Source: Candidatus Omnitrophota bacterium
Lineage (GTDB): Bacteria > Omnitrophota > Omnitrophia > Omnitrophales > Aquincolibacteriaceae
DNA length: 64,000 nucleotides
Reading direction: 5' to 3'
Assembly: GCA_035352955.1 (NCBI GenBank)
Contig: DAOPYQ010000003.1
Span: forward strand, 12,901 to 76,900
Positions 19,892 through 30,532 of the stretch are shown here, one piece after another. Numbering within the stretch: position 1 is the first letter of the stretch; each line of letters opens with the position of its first letter. A model generated the notes under the pieces. It made no database searches and had not been told where the DNA came from. It worked only from the letters and a program-made list of their open reading frames with translations. The position numbers were made by a program, and so were the translations under genes.

Positions 19892-21444
19892 AACGCCGCT
19901 TCTTTCTCATTTTTGAATAATAGCTTCAATCGCCGGAAGATAAAACGAACCGCTCGAAAAGCAAAATAGACCATGACTGCGATCTTGCGGCTGAGCAAAA
20001 GCACCAGGGTGAGTATATGCGGATGGTCTTTAAAAAAACGGACCTTTGCGATCTGTAAAATGCGTTCGGTTGAGATGAAATCGATCTCGAAGAGATAATA
20101 AAGATTATCCCAGTACAAACTCTGCTTCGAGCGCTTTAAATCAAGTTTGGGCGTCCAACGCTCGTAAGACTTCTGTTGCCGATCTTCGACTTCTTCCTCT
20201 CCAATCAGTTTCTTGCTTAAAAGCATTTTGGTGAGATCCGTTTCAGGAAAATGCGTTAGCGTGTGCGTATGTAAGTGGAAGGGCCGCGGAAGTTTTGATA
20301 CCAGGTCGAAAGTCGCTTGTTGGTCTGCCTCGGATTCAAGTTTACTATCAAGGATGATGTCATAGGAACATTGGATGCCAAAACGATTCAGGATCCGAGC
20401 GGCATTGATAATGTCCTCGTTAGACTCGCGGCGGCCATAACATTCCCGGCGGATGAAAGAGGATCCGGATTGAATGCCCATGGTCATGCTAGTTGCGCCG
20501 GCATCTTTAAGCAGTTCAATGAGCGGGGCGGATACGACGCTGGGATAGCAATAACAGAAAAATGGTAGGCCGATCTGCTTCTTGTATTCAGGGGTAAAGG
20601 CTTTTAACCATTCCAAGTTCATGGCGAAGACATCGTCTTCGAACGCCAAAAATGACAGTCCCGGAAAGAGCGATTTTGCCAAAGTCAGTTCTGCAAGAAC
20701 ATTGTCAACGCTGCGGCGGCGGACATACGGTCCCTTGTCCTTATAGACTTTACGCAGAACGTTATTACAGCAATAAGAGCAGCTGTAGGGACAGCCCCGC
20801 GAAGTCATGATCCAATAGGTCTTTTTTTCGCTTGGATACGCTTTGATCTTTCCGTCTTCAAAGAGGTATTTGTCAGCGGAGGTAAAATCCGGGAACGGAA
20901 GGCGGTCCAGATCTTGGATCAAGGGACGCAGGTCATTTTTAATGATCGTGCCATTTTTATTTATCCAAAGATTCTTGATGTCATCGATAGGCGCGTGTTG
21001 ATGCAACCTTGCCGCCAATTCCACGATCGCATCTTCCCCTTCTCCTACGCAGACAATATCCGCATGTTGAATGCTTTGATCCGGCCGGATGGTGGCATGA
21101 ACCCCGCCCCAGAGGACAACGGCTCCGGTCTCTTGCCGGATCCTTCGAGATAATTCCGAAGCAAGCTCGAAATGAGTGGAACGGACGCTCATACCTACGA
21201 ACAGGGGTTGAGCGGCTTTAATGGCGCTGACGAAACAATCCATTTCGGATTCGCTGGGGAAAGTCATAGTGTTGTTCGGATTCAATTTTTTAAAGAAAAA
21301 GGACCTGACATCCCAGCCCGTTTTCTTGAGCACGGAATGGAGAGTGCAGACCGGAAATGAATCAATATCGTAAAAAGCTACAAGAATGATCGTTGGTTTT
21401 TCTTTTGCGGGCGCGCGCCGTTGTCCGATGGATGCGTTATTCAT
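19888..21444 (-). CDS. B12-binding (class B) radical SAM enzyme
   Basis: N-terminal B12-like domain and 'TSRGCPYSCSYCCNN' cluster. Confidence 0.8.
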   Translation of the reverse strand: MNNASIGQRRAPAKEKPTIILVAFYDIDSFPVCTLHSVLKKTGWDVRSFFFKKLNPNNTMTFPSESEMDCFVSAIKAAQPLFVGMSVRSTHFELASELSRRIRQETGAVVLWGGVHATIRPDQSIQHADIVCVGEGEDAIVELAARLHQHAPIDDIKNLWINKNGTIIKNDLRPLIQDLDRLPFPDFTSADKYLFEDGKIKAYPSEKKTYWIMTSRGCPYSCSYCCNNVLRKVYKDKGPYVRRRSVDNVLAELTLAKSLFPGLSFLAFEDDVFAMNLEWLKAFTPEYKKQIGLPFFCYCYPSVVSAPLIELLKDAGATSMTMGIQSGSSFIRRECYGRRESNEDIINAARILNRFGIQCSYDIILDSKLESEADQQATFDLVSKLPRPFHLHTHTLTHFPETDLTKMLLSKKLIGEEEVEDRQQKSYERWTPKLDLKRSKQSLYWDNLYYLFEIDFISTERILQIAKVRFFKDHPHILTLVLLLSRKIAVMVYFAFRAVRFIFRRLKLLFKNEKEAAL

Positions 21445-22924
21445 GGGGAGAGTCCGTGGTTTTCAGCCGGTTTAAAAAAAGCCGGATCAGATTGTATTTT
21501 TTCTCGATCTGAATGAGGAACGGAGCGTAGGCAACGATAAGGATCAACGTGCGAAGCAACCCCTGGCCGAGCGGTTGGGATAAACGAACATACTTTGAAA
21601 GGATGAAGAGCAAGCATAACAACCAGAGAAATTTCACGAAAACCATGAGATATTGCCGGACCGCAGCCGCGGAGAATCCAAGAAAGAAATTCGATAAAAA
21701 AAATAAGAGCGTGAAGTTAAACGCGAAGACCAAGATTTGTATCTGAGCGACCGAGGTGATGCCGCCCGCCGTGTGAACCGCCCAAAGATTGGCGCCGGCC
21801 GATAACGCCATGGTGAGGAACGTTGCGGGAAATAAGAACATTTGTTTGCGTATCACGACAATAAAGTTGCTATAAGCTTGCGCGATGGCCGTGAAAAAGG
21901 AACATAGAACAAGCCACTTCATGGCCACGATCCCGTTCGCGAATTTTGGGAGCACCCAATGAATGAATGGCGGCAGCAGGAACCAGGCCATGCCGATCAG
22001 GAGCGGCATGAGAACACAAAATATGTAATTGGATTCTTCAAGGTAACCTTTGAGATCGTGACGATTTTCGGTCCGGCCGAATTTTTCAGCGACCTTGGGC
22101 AGTAATACGACCCCGACGCTGTTTGGAAAGCTGTAGATGAATCCATTGACCATGGTCGCGATGCTATAGATCCCAAGCAATTCAAGCCCGCGATAACGGG
22201 AAATCACGATGCGGTCAAAAGTATAAAGAAAGGTCTCCCCGAGCGCCAAAAGCATCAGCGGGAAGCCGTACCCCATCAAATCCCGGATCAGAGAAAGATC
22301 CAGCTTAATGCGAATCGGAAAACGGAAGAGGACCTTTTCATGGTAAAAAATGTAACCGACGTTAAAAATGAAGCTTAGGCACATTGCCCACATGAAACCG
22401 TATAAACAAAAACGGTAACTCAAGAAAGCGATCAAGAGCGCGTTCATGATCGCGGACAGGAACATCTGTTTGCTCGCGAGTCCGAAGTTCATGAAGCATC
22501 GTAAAAGCGTGATCATGCAATTGTTCAGCTGCTGAAGAATGACAAGAGCGCTCGCGAACAGGAGTCCCCAGAACAGTTCGTGGCTGATCCGTGCGCGATT
22601 GATAAAGGCGTAGAGAGAAATTCCGAGAGCCAAAAGGAATGCCATCAGCATGACGAACTCGAATGCCGTCTGCTTAATCCTTGCAGCGGTCTCTGTTTCT
22701 CCCTTCCCGAGGCGAAATGGGATTTCTCGGGGCAGCGCATTTGCTAGGCCAAGTGTCGAGTATGATGCGTAAGATAAAAGGATCTGAACCAGGGCCCACA
22801 CCCCTACTTGTACCGGTCCTAAGAACCGGCGCGTTAATACCGCAGCGGTCATGGTCACGAATTGTGTGGCGGTATAGGCTGCGGCGTACCATCCGGCTTG
22901 ATGAATGACTTTTTGAGAGCTCAT
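21437..22924 (-). CDS. Wzx-like polysaccharide/oligosaccharide flippase (MOP superfamily)
   Basis: 495 aa, ~12-14 predicted TM helices. Typical position in a glycan cluster. Confidence 0.65.
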   Translation of the reverse strand: MSSQKVIHQAGWYAAAYTATQFVTMTAAVLTRRFLGPVQVGVWALVQILLSYASYSTLGLANALPREIPFRLGKGETETAARIKQTAFEFVMLMAFLLALGISLYAFINRARISHELFWGLLFASALVILQQLNNCMITLLRCFMNFGLASKQMFLSAIMNALLIAFLSYRFCLYGFMWAMCLSFIFNVGYIFYHEKVLFRFPIRIKLDLSLIRDLMGYGFPLMLLALGETFLYTFDRIVISRYRGLELLGIYSIATMVNGFIYSFPNSVGVVLLPKVAEKFGRTENRHDLKGYLEESNYIFCVLMPLLIGMAWFLLPPFIHWVLPKFANGIVAMKWLVLCSFFTAIAQAYSNFIVVIRKQMFLFPATFLTMALSAGANLWAVHTAGGITSVAQIQILVFAFNFTLLFFLSNFFLGFSAAAVRQYLMVFVKFLWLLCLLFILSKYVRLSQPLGQGLLRTLILIVAYAPFLIQIEKKYNLIRLFLNRLKTTDSPHE

Positions 22925-24822
22925 CGTTGCAATGTCCCTTGAGTGCCCGTGCGGCTAAGGTCTTGGCGCAAGCGATCTAAAATAATGTCGCCTGTTGTTT
23001 GCGTCGCTTTTCCAAAATTGTTTCCGAGATAATATTCTCGAAAAGGGTCATTTTGTCCTGAATGTTCTGCGGGAGCGTCCGTCTCCGCGGCGATCTTTTC
23101 AAGGGCATTACGGAGATGATCGGTCGAATCGATGTATTGGCATAAGCCATGGAAAGCGAATTCGATCACTGTCCGGTTATTTTGGGTATTAAGATCCATG
23201 AAAAGCACCGGGATCCGGCATAAGGCCGCCTCAATAAGACTTGTGGATAAACAGGGCAGGATCATTGCATGCGATTGGATAAGAAGGCTATGAAAGTCCT
23301 GAGAGTGTTTTAATATGCGGACGTTGCACTGCGACGGAATGTCGGCCCGCAGTTGTTCCCAGCGGTGATCATCGGAATCATAATGGGATTTAACCAGGAT
23401 CTCAAAAGGAAGACCTTCAGCGGCTTTTAGAAAGGCTTGGAATGCTTTGATCTGGTAAGAGCGATAGGCCACCATGTCGACACCCAAATAGCCCGGCGTG
23501 TCCGGCGAACTTGCGGCCAGGCTTCCTGCGCAGTAAAGGATCTTTTTGGGAAGGGGCTTCACGCGGCGGTTCTGAAGCTTCTGATAGAGTTGATCATAAC
23601 GAGGCGTCCCCGAAACCCTGATCCCCTCCCCATTCCAACCGCGGGAAATATACATTTTAATCTTTTCATGCTCCGAGTTGACGAAAGTCGTGGATTGCCA
23701 GAATGTTTGTTCTTCTTTCTTGGGCTCGAATTCAAAACCTCCATGGCCGTGAGAGATGCAAAACATCGGAACGTTCGCATGCTTTAAATATTCGCAAAAA
23801 TTTGCCCGGGCTCCGAAATCCTCCTCGACCAGGCAACCGGTTAGCGAAAGTCTCTTTAACATCTGCCCGCAACGGAGCCACTCAACGGCAGCTCGATAGA
23901 AATAGGCCTCCATGGTCGAAACGATCTTCTTGTCGATGAAATCGCAGAATTCATAATTCTGGTACTCGAAAAGTTTTTCGCGACGAGCGATCGTTAGTTT
24001 TGATTCGAATTGATACTGTAAGGACTTCGCCATTTCTCGAACTGCGTTCATAACAGGTGTCGGAAGCATGTCTGCCGTTAGGTAAGGGACCTGAAGCCGG
24101 GCGGCGAAGCGGAAAAACTCATCATGAAATTCGTGATCATAAATGAGGATCGGGATCTTCTTCTCATGAAGATAAACGGCCGTGGTCTCTAAGTGCCGCA
24201 AAGCGCCATAAACCAAAAAATACTTCCCCGAAATACTTTGAAATAGTTTTAGGTAAAGCGTAAGGAGCTTTTTATAGACCGTGCGGGCGAGCGCATAAAT
24301 GCCGTGTTTTGCTTTGACTGGAACAGTGGCCGGGCAGTGAGCTTGGAGCGATCGGACCTCGATCTTCTGACTTAGAGCGATCTCTTTTAAAAAATAATTC
24401 AAATAATCATTGCCGGAAAAATCGGGGTAAGAAACCTGACGCCTGTCTTCAAATACAAAAACGCGGGCGGGCTTAACTTTTTCCAGTATCCAGTTGGCAT
24501 AAGCCCTGTTCTTTGCCGCAGCGATCAAAAAACAGGAAAAATAAAGATGGATCCCCGGAAGGACATCGGGAGATCCAGGGGGTGTCGCGCTTCGGGATGC
24601 AGCGAGCCAACGACCGGATCGGCCGCAGCCCCAGGCATTGATCGCGGTCCATTGCTCGCGCAGAATGAATTCGTCGACCAGTTGAAAAGCGATCCCTCGT
24701 GCGGTCAGCTCAGGAAAAAGCGCCTCATTATCACAAAAGACCTGCGATGTTCTTAGCTCTTCGTGAAGCAGATAGGTGTTGAGCTGCTCGGATGTGGATA
24801 AAACAATAAGCGAAGTAATCAT
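22921..24822 (-). CDS. Hypothetical 633-aa soluble protein; possible GT-B-like transferase (TagF/KpsS-like) or surface carbohydrate biosynthesis protein
   Basis: No recognisable canonical motif. C-terminal half has Rossmann-like alternation ('ILYCAGSL...ILPCLSTSLIEAALCRIPVLFMD'). Flanked by the flippase and a radical SAM gene. Confidence 0.3.
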   Translation of the reverse strand: MITSLIVLSTSEQLNTYLLHEELRTSQVFCDNEALFPELTARGIAFQLVDEFILREQWTAINAWGCGRSGRWLAASRSATPPGSPDVLPGIHLYFSCFLIAAAKNRAYANWILEKVKPARVFVFEDRRQVSYPDFSGNDYLNYFLKEIALSQKIEVRSLQAHCPATVPVKAKHGIYALARTVYKKLLTLYLKLFQSISGKYFLVYGALRHLETTAVYLHEKKIPILIYDHEFHDEFFRFAARLQVPYLTADMLPTPVMNAVREMAKSLQYQFESKLTIARREKLFEYQNYEFCDFIDKKIVSTMEAYFYRAAVEWLRCGQMLKRLSLTGCLVEEDFGARANFCEYLKHANVPMFCISHGHGGFEFEPKKEEQTFWQSTTFVNSEHEKIKMYISRGWNGEGIRVSGTPRYDQLYQKLQNRRVKPLPKKILYCAGSLAASSPDTPGYLGVDMVAYRSYQIKAFQAFLKAAEGLPFEILVKSHYDSDDHRWEQLRADIPSQCNVRILKHSQDFHSLLIQSHAMILPCLSTSLIEAALCRIPVLFMDLNTQNNRTVIEFAFHGLCQYIDSTDHLRNALEKIAAETDAPAEHSGQNDPFREYYLGNNFGKATQTTGDIILDRLRQDLSRTGTQGTLQR

Positions 24823-24840
24823 TTTTTTATCGTTGAGGCC

Positions 24841-26229
24841 TTAAGTGTGGCGAAAGCCCCGAAAAGAAACGTCATGTTCCAGATAGAGTTGTCTCGCCTG
24901 CTCGATGTGAGATCGGAGTTTTTTCTCAAAGTAATTCGTCATCAGGCGGGAATTAGCTTCATAGAGCGCCGCATGGAATTCTTGATCCGTCATGTTCGTG
25001 AAATTGACCGCCAGTAAGTCCGAGTTGAGATGTTTATTCTCGTAAAAATCCTCAATGTCTTTCAAAAGGCCGCGCCGAATCGCTTCGTAATAGAGAGGCG
25101 AGCCGGGATAAGGTGTCACGGGCCGAATGGTACGCATTTGGGCGCCATCGTCATATTTAAGAAGAAACTCAACGCCCTTTTGCAATGTTTCCCGGCTTTC
25201 GCCGATATTGCCGAAAATGATATTAAAACCCGGGCTCATCCCTTCCGCTAAAGTCGCTTCGATCCCCTTGATAATCTGTTCCACGGTCAAGGCTTTGTGC
25301 ATGTTCTTCAGGATCTGATTATCCATCGCCTCGATCCCATAGTTAATAAAGACACAGCCGGCACGTTTCATGATCTTGAGAACATCGGGGGTGGCATAAT
25401 TGAGGCGGCCATTGCAATCCCAACGGATCTTAAGGTCATGTTTGATCATGCTTTCGCAAAGGGAAATGGTTCGCGCGACCGATGACATTAAGAGTTCATC
25501 CGAGAACGAAATAAAGGTAATACCGTAATCGCGTTGAAGCAGTTTAATCTCTTCGATAATGGACTCGGTGCTTCTCGGGCGAAAACCGTCATCCATGCGA
25601 TAACAAAAATTGCATTTAAAGGTACAGCCGCGGCCTGAAAGGACGGGCATGACAAAATCACGGTTTGTTGTGTGCGCCGCACGGACCAGCCGGTAATAAT
25701 GCATGGGAAAGAGGTGGTACGCAGGGAACGGAATGCTGTCGACGTCTTGGATCAGATCGCGCCTTTGATTCACGAAAACGTTCTCCCCTTCGCGATAGGC
25801 GATCCCGGCGATGTTCTTTAAAGGCTGCTTATTGACCAACGCCTGGAAAAGTTCGCGGACAGTTGCTTCCCCTTCGCCTAACACGGCGCAATCGGCCCCG
25901 GTTCTTTTTAAGAAGAATTCCGGGTCGGGAGAGGGACCATGCCCTCCGATCACATAGAACGGCCTGTCCTTTGCTGCCGCAATGGCTTTCGACAGGTTGA
26001 GCAATTTCCGATATTGATAATACCCCGCGATCACGCTGACCCCGACCACATCAAAATGCTTTTGATCGAGATATCGGGTGAGATGTTCGTCCGGATAATG
26101 GTGCATGTCCTGGTTGTAGATCTCCACTTCATGCCCGTCTTCAAGCATGATCGAGGCGATGTAGGCCAAACCTTGCGGGAACCAATGGATATAGGAATCA
26201 TTGTCATAAACCACTAAAAGAATTCGCAT
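24841..26229 (-). CDS. B12-binding (class B) radical SAM enzyme
   Basis: 'MRILLVVYDND...' B12-like domain and 'SGRGCTFKCNFCYR' cluster. Confidence 0.8.
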   Translation of the reverse strand: MRILLVVYDNDSYIHWFPQGLAYIASIMLEDGHEVEIYNQDMHHYPDEHLTRYLDQKHFDVVGVSVIAGYYQYRKLLNLSKAIAAAKDRPFYVIGGHGPSPDPEFFLKRTGADCAVLGEGEATVRELFQALVNKQPLKNIAGIAYREGENVFVNQRRDLIQDVDSIPFPAYHLFPMHYYRLVRAAHTTNRDFVMPVLSGRGCTFKCNFCYRMDDGFRPRSTESIIEEIKLLQRDYGITFISFSDELLMSSVARTISLCESMIKHDLKIRWDCNGRLNYATPDVLKIMKRAGCVFINYGIEAMDNQILKNMHKALTVEQIIKGIEATLAEGMSPGFNIIFGNIGESRETLQKGVEFLLKYDDGAQMRTIRPVTPYPGSPLYYEAIRRGLLKDIEDFYENKHLNSDLLAVNFTNMTDQEFHAALYEANSRLMTNYFEKKLRSHIEQARQLYLEHDVSFRGFRHT

Positions 26230-26269
26230 CGACTTTTCCTTTCAAATTAGCCTTCTAGGGCGCCTAAGA

Positions 26270-27268
26270 TTAGTAAATACCGCGCTGGCATACAGCGCAG
26301 GCTCCCAGTGTGTCTTCGAGAATGGCGTCACGGACTTTTTTCAATTGAGGAGAATGCCATGCTTCCTCAATGGTCATGGTTGCAATATTCCCAAGTTTTA
26401 AAACATCGCCGATAAACGCACAACACGGAAGAATGTCCCCATTAGCACGAACGGCCAAACGTCTCCAGGGTTCAATGCAGCAATAGAGACGCGGTTTTTT
26501 CAAGACTTCCGCGTTCATCGCGAGATCAGGTTTAACATATTTTTGGATATCAACATGGTCCACCCTGTCTTTCCAATAGGAGATGAAATCGTTCTTTTCA
26601 GATGCGTTTTCCTTCATCTCAATAAAGGATACGCGCACCCACGGCAAACGACCGGTGGCCCGGGGGCCGCGCATTTCCATGAATCGTAATAGATTTTTCT
26701 TTGCCATTTCATAGCCCTTTCCGCGAATAATACCGTAGGTTTCTGGCCGGAAAGCATCCAGGGATACATAGAGCCGCGTCAATCCGCATTCGAGAAGTTT
26801 CTGCGACATCTTTTCGTTAAGCAATAAGGCGTTCGTAATGAGGATCGAATCGATGATGCCGTGATCGCGGGCGTATTGGAGCATGGGAATAAGGTCCAGA
26901 TGGATCAAGGGTTCGGCATAGGCGCCGACATTGATGCTGACGGTTCCTTTTGGGGTGCATTCATCGATGACGCGGCAAAACTGCTCATAGCTTAATTTCT
27001 TCTTCGTATTGACGGTGACCGGAACAGGATAAAGATCGTAATGAGTTTTGTTCCGAGGACACATGATGCATTGCTGATTGCAAAGATCATTAAGTTCGAA
27101 ATCGATATGAATGGGAAAATCCAATGCTTGACCTTTCGTGACCGGAATATTCCACAATTCGCGATATTTCTTGAAAGGCTCGCCGAAATGGCGCGTGAGG
27201 TAATTTTCGACATTGTCATTCGTAAAGACATTCGTGACCAGGCTTTTGCTGCCCGTGTTTTTATTCAT
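26270..27268 (-). CDS. Radical SAM enzyme with SPASM/twitch-like C-terminal Cys cluster
   Basis: 'LNDLCNQQCIMCPR' (CxxxCxxC). C-terminus 'LPCCAFIGD...GACAVCQ'. Confidence 0.7.
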   Translation of the reverse strand: MNKNTGSKSLVTNVFTNDNVENYLTRHFGEPFKKYRELWNIPVTKGQALDFPIHIDFELNDLCNQQCIMCPRNKTHYDLYPVPVTVNTKKKLSYEQFCRVIDECTPKGTVSINVGAYAEPLIHLDLIPMLQYARDHGIIDSILITNALLLNEKMSQKLLECGLTRLYVSLDAFRPETYGIIRGKGYEMAKKNLLRFMEMRGPRATGRLPWVRVSFIEMKENASEKNDFISYWKDRVDHVDIQKYVKPDLAMNAEVLKKPRLYCCIEPWRRLAVRANGDILPCCAFIGDVLKLGNIATMTIEEAWHSPQLKKVRDAILEDTLGACAVCQRGIY

Positions 27269-28337
27269 GAGAGTTCTCTATCCTTAAGCCGCATTCGATC
27301 AAAGAAGGCCTGAGAGGGGTCCCGGCTTTTAGATCCAAGTGTGCCCTCTTGCCGAGGACTTTCCCCAAATATTTAGGTTTCAGACCGGAGGCCGGTCGGA
27401 TCGATGCGATGTTCTGTTCCGTGAATAACTCTCCTTTTTTTATATCGCGGACTACAAAGAGCGAGCGGCGGAAATGACAGAATCGTTTTTCATCTTGGGT
27501 GGGGCCATAGCGGACCGAGCCTAAAGCTTGTTCCGCTTGTCTGACCGCGACGACAAGATCTTTGAGCTCATGCGGCTCAAGCGAAAAAAAACTGTCCGGT
27601 GTTTTGATCTTTCGTGAAAGCGTAAAATGCTTTTCGATGAAGCAGGCGCCCAACGCCACGGATGCGACGGCGACAGCGATCCCAAGAGAATGATCCGAGA
27701 GACCGATCGGAAGTTTTGTTTTTTGTCTTAGGTCCGCAAGGGTCCGAAGGTTCATATCGCTGGCGTTCGCCGGATAACCGCTCACGCATTTAAGTAAGGT
27801 GATCGAACGCGCGCCGCCATGTTTTGCTGTTGCGACCGCTTCCTTGATCTCTTGGAAAGAGGCCATGCCTGTAGAAAGGATGAGGGGCTTTTTAGTTCTT
27901 GCGGCATAAGCGATCAACGGGAGGTCCACGAGTTCGAAGGATGCGATCTTGTGGCAAAAAACCCCGAGATCGTCGAGAAAATCCACCGAAGACCGGTCAA
28001 AGGCCGTGGAAAAAAAGGCCAGATCATGGTTTTCCGCTTCGCGTTTTAACTTTTTGAACCAGGACCACGGCGTGTAGGCCTGTTGATACAGCTCATAAAG
28101 CGTTTGCCCTCCCCACTTCGGATGCCGGATTCGAAAATACTTGTTGTCGGCCTTTAGGGTGAGCGTATCCGGAGTGTACGCCTGGAATTTAACAGCATCC
28201 ACCCCGCACTTTTTGGCAAGGTGTATCAGTTGAAGAGCGCGATTCAGGCTTTGACCGTGGTTCGCCGAGATCTCGGCAACAATAAAAACCTTTTGGGGAG
28301 GAAATGATCTCATAGCTGATCTTGGACGAAGTGCCAA
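27261..28337 (-). CDS. pseI: Nonulosonic acid synthase (NeuB family; pseudaminic acid synthase PseI-like) with C-terminal SAF domain
   Basis: 'IVAEISANHGQSL', 'KFQAYTPDTL', 'GLSDHSLG' and the C-terminal SAF region. Neighbouring pse genes support PseI rather than NeuB/LegI. Confidence 0.8.
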   Translation of the reverse strand: MALRPRSAMRSFPPQKVFIVAEISANHGQSLNRALQLIHLAKKCGVDAVKFQAYTPDTLTLKADNKYFRIRHPKWGGQTLYELYQQAYTPWSWFKKLKREAENHDLAFFSTAFDRSSVDFLDDLGVFCHKIASFELVDLPLIAYAARTKKPLILSTGMASFQEIKEAVATAKHGGARSITLLKCVSGYPANASDMNLRTLADLRQKTKLPIGLSDHSLGIAVAVASVALGACFIEKHFTLSRKIKTPDSFFSLEPHELKDLVVAVRQAEQALGSVRYGPTQDEKRFCHFRRSLFVVRDIKKGELFTEQNIASIRPASGLKPKYLGKVLGKRAHLDLKAGTPLRPSLIECGLRIENSHE

Positions 28338-29743
28338 GCCTCCTGACCGTGGATATTCTTGATATTGAGCGGGCGGAATCCGGCTTTCTGGAACGCTTTA
28401 ACGGAAGCATGATTCTCTTTTTTGATGAAAGCATCGACCATTTTGATCTCCGACCGGGTGCGGAGAACCTGATGAACGGCAGCGCGCAACACACGAGCAG
28501 CAAGCCCTTTCCCCCGATATTGAGGTGCAAGCACGACAGAAATGGTGGCGCGTTCCCCGCGGGCATCAAAGCGGATCTGCCCGATCGTACGATCGCGTAA
28601 CACAGCCTTTAGAAAGAGACAATCCGGATCACGGAGTTTTTCATTGAACCAACGGCAATGTTCCTTCCAGAGGATCTGAGCCGAGTGAAAAGAAACGGCG
28701 CGGACTTCCGGAGCGGAGGACCAATGATAGATAAGAGCTCGGTCAGCGGCCCGGACGGGTTGGAACCGGATGACTGCATCGCATAATGCCTTTGCAGAGC
28801 GCAGAGCGCCCCGGCCGTCGACCGCTTTCTGGCCGGCCCGGCTCATACGGCTCCTTGAGCGATGATCCAAACGGTGAAGCAGCAGAGCGATATTCCCGAT
28901 GATCTTCGGATCCTCGTGCGATCCGGCTTCCTTGAGCAAACCGGTTTTCCGCCAGCCCAGAAGATTCAGCCGCTGATTCGAGGCGAATCGAACGCCGATG
29001 ACCGGGAGACCGCAAGCCGCGAGTTCGTTCGTGGTTTGTCCCCCACCTGAAATAGCGGCATCGCAACGAAGCATCAGTGCCTTGATCTGACTTCCGGAAA
29101 GAGAACGGTAAAAATGAGCCCGAGGGAAAGCCCGCTTATTCGGAAAGGGATAAGCGGTAATGACGTGAAACCGGTATTGAGGGAAGGAAAGGCTCAGCCG
29201 GGTCAGAAGCTGTTGGATAAAACCGGTCCGCTCCATACCGCCGAATGTCAAAAGAAGGTCTCGAAATTTAGTCCGAACGGTTCGATGACCGACCTTCCAA
29301 AAATTCTTTCTTAAGAGAGCAAAGCGGGAACCGAGCAGCAAAGGAAGCGCTCGAAAACCATAACGGAGCTTTTCTGTTCCGATCGCGCCATTCAGGATAA
29401 TGCCTTCCGGATAAGCCAGGCGTTTGAAATCATCGAGGAATACAGGTACCGGGACCTGTTCTGACACATTCTTGTAAAAAGAACGGGGCGCAAGATAAGA
29501 GTCAACGATCACGATATCGGCCTTCTTCAATTCACTGCGGACTCGTCCCTGATCCTTGAGCCAATCAAAGACCGAGTTCAATTGCTTCCCGAATTGACGG
29601 CGCGCGGAGTTGTCGCCGTTAACGAATAAAAAAGCATCGATGCCTATTTCGGTGAGCGCATCACGCAAGGCAATACAGCGTGTGATATGGCCAAAGCCGA
29701 TGCGTTTGCCTCCTTCCGTGAAAATGACGGCGCGAAGCCTCAT
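28310..29743 (-). CDS. PseG (UDP-sugar hydrolase) fused to PseH-like GNAT N-acetyltransferase
   Basis: N-terminus 'FTEGGKRIGFGHITRCIALRDAL' matches the PseG signature. C-terminal ~160 aa is GNAT ('QYRGKGLAARVL...AFQKAGF'). Confidence 0.7.
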   Translation of the reverse strand: MRLRAVIFTEGGKRIGFGHITRCIALRDALTEIGIDAFLFVNGDNSARRQFGKQLNSVFDWLKDQGRVRSELKKADIVIVDSYLAPRSFYKNVSEQVPVPVFLDDFKRLAYPEGIILNGAIGTEKLRYGFRALPLLLGSRFALLRKNFWKVGHRTVRTKFRDLLLTFGGMERTGFIQQLLTRLSLSFPQYRFHVITAYPFPNKRAFPRAHFYRSLSGSQIKALMLRCDAAISGGGQTTNELAACGLPVIGVRFASNQRLNLLGWRKTGLLKEAGSHEDPKIIGNIALLLHRLDHRSRSRMSRAGQKAVDGRGALRSAKALCDAVIRFQPVRAADRALIYHWSSAPEVRAVSFHSAQILWKEHCRWFNEKLRDPDCLFLKAVLRDRTIGQIRFDARGERATISVVLAPQYRGKGLAARVLRAAVHQVLRTRSEIKMVDAFIKKENHASVKAFQKAGFRPLNIKNIHGQEAWHFVQDQL

Positions 29744-30531
29744 GCGCCCACCTTCCCCGGTTGATCTGTATGAGTTCCCCGGACATGAATGCCTTGCTTG
29801 CGTAAGTGCTCTTTGACTTCGAGCGGGGTTTTCTCGGTGAAATGAAAAATGCTGGCGGCGGCTATTGCCGCGGCTTTCCCTTGCAGGATGGCCGCGTAAA
29901 AATCATTCAAACAACCGGCGCCACCGGAGGCGATGACGGGAATGCTTACTTTTTGCGTTACGTGCCGGATCAGATCAAGGTCATAACCTTTCATGGTGCC
30001 GTCATGCTCGATGGATGTGATCAGAATCTCCCCAGCGCCACGTTTTTCGGCTTCGGCCGCCCATGCTCCGACTTCACGTCCCGTGGAGCGCGTACCACTG
30101 TGACTGTGACATTCATAAGAGCCGTCACTTTTACGGCGGGCATCAATGCTCACGATAATGCACTGGGAACCGAAGCGCTTTGCCGCCTGCGTGATAAATT
30201 CAGGATTCTCATAAGCGGCGCTATTGATCGTGATCTTATCGGCTCCGGACAAAAGAAGTTTCCGGATGACATCGAGATCCCCGACGCCTCCGCCCACCGT
30301 TAAGGGAACGAAACATTCAGCGGAAAATTCACTGACGGAACTGTAATCGGGTTCCCTTTTTTCAAGTGTGGCCGCGATATCGACGAGAATGAGTTCATCG
30401 ACGTCCCTGAGATTATAAACTTTGATCGCGGGAAGGACCGATCCGATGCGGCGCCAGCTGTCAAAGCCGATCCCTTTGACCAAGCATTCGTTTTTCCAGA
30501 GAAGCGTTGGAATCACACGGGTCTTCAGCAT
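29740..30531 (-). CDS. HisF-like cyclase subunit (WbuZ-type) of the sugar amidotransferase module
   Basis: 'RVIPTLLWKN...VKG', 'DELILVDI', 'VGGGVGD' are HisF (TIM barrel) motifs. Lies in the Pse cluster next to the HisH-like gene. Confidence 0.8.
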   Translation of the reverse strand: MLKTRVIPTLLWKNECLVKGIGFDSWRRIGSVLPAIKVYNLRDVDELILVDIAATLEKREPDYSSVSEFSAECFVPLTVGGGVGDLDVIRKLLLSGADKITINSAAYENPEFITQAAKRFGSQCIIVSIDARRKSDGSYECHSHSGTRSTGREVGAWAAEAEKRGAGEILITSIEHDGTMKGYDLDLIRHVTQKVSIPVIASGGAGCLNDFYAAILQGKAAAIAAASIFHFTEKTPLEVKEHLRKQGIHVRGTHTDQPGKVGA

Positions 30532-30532
30532 A

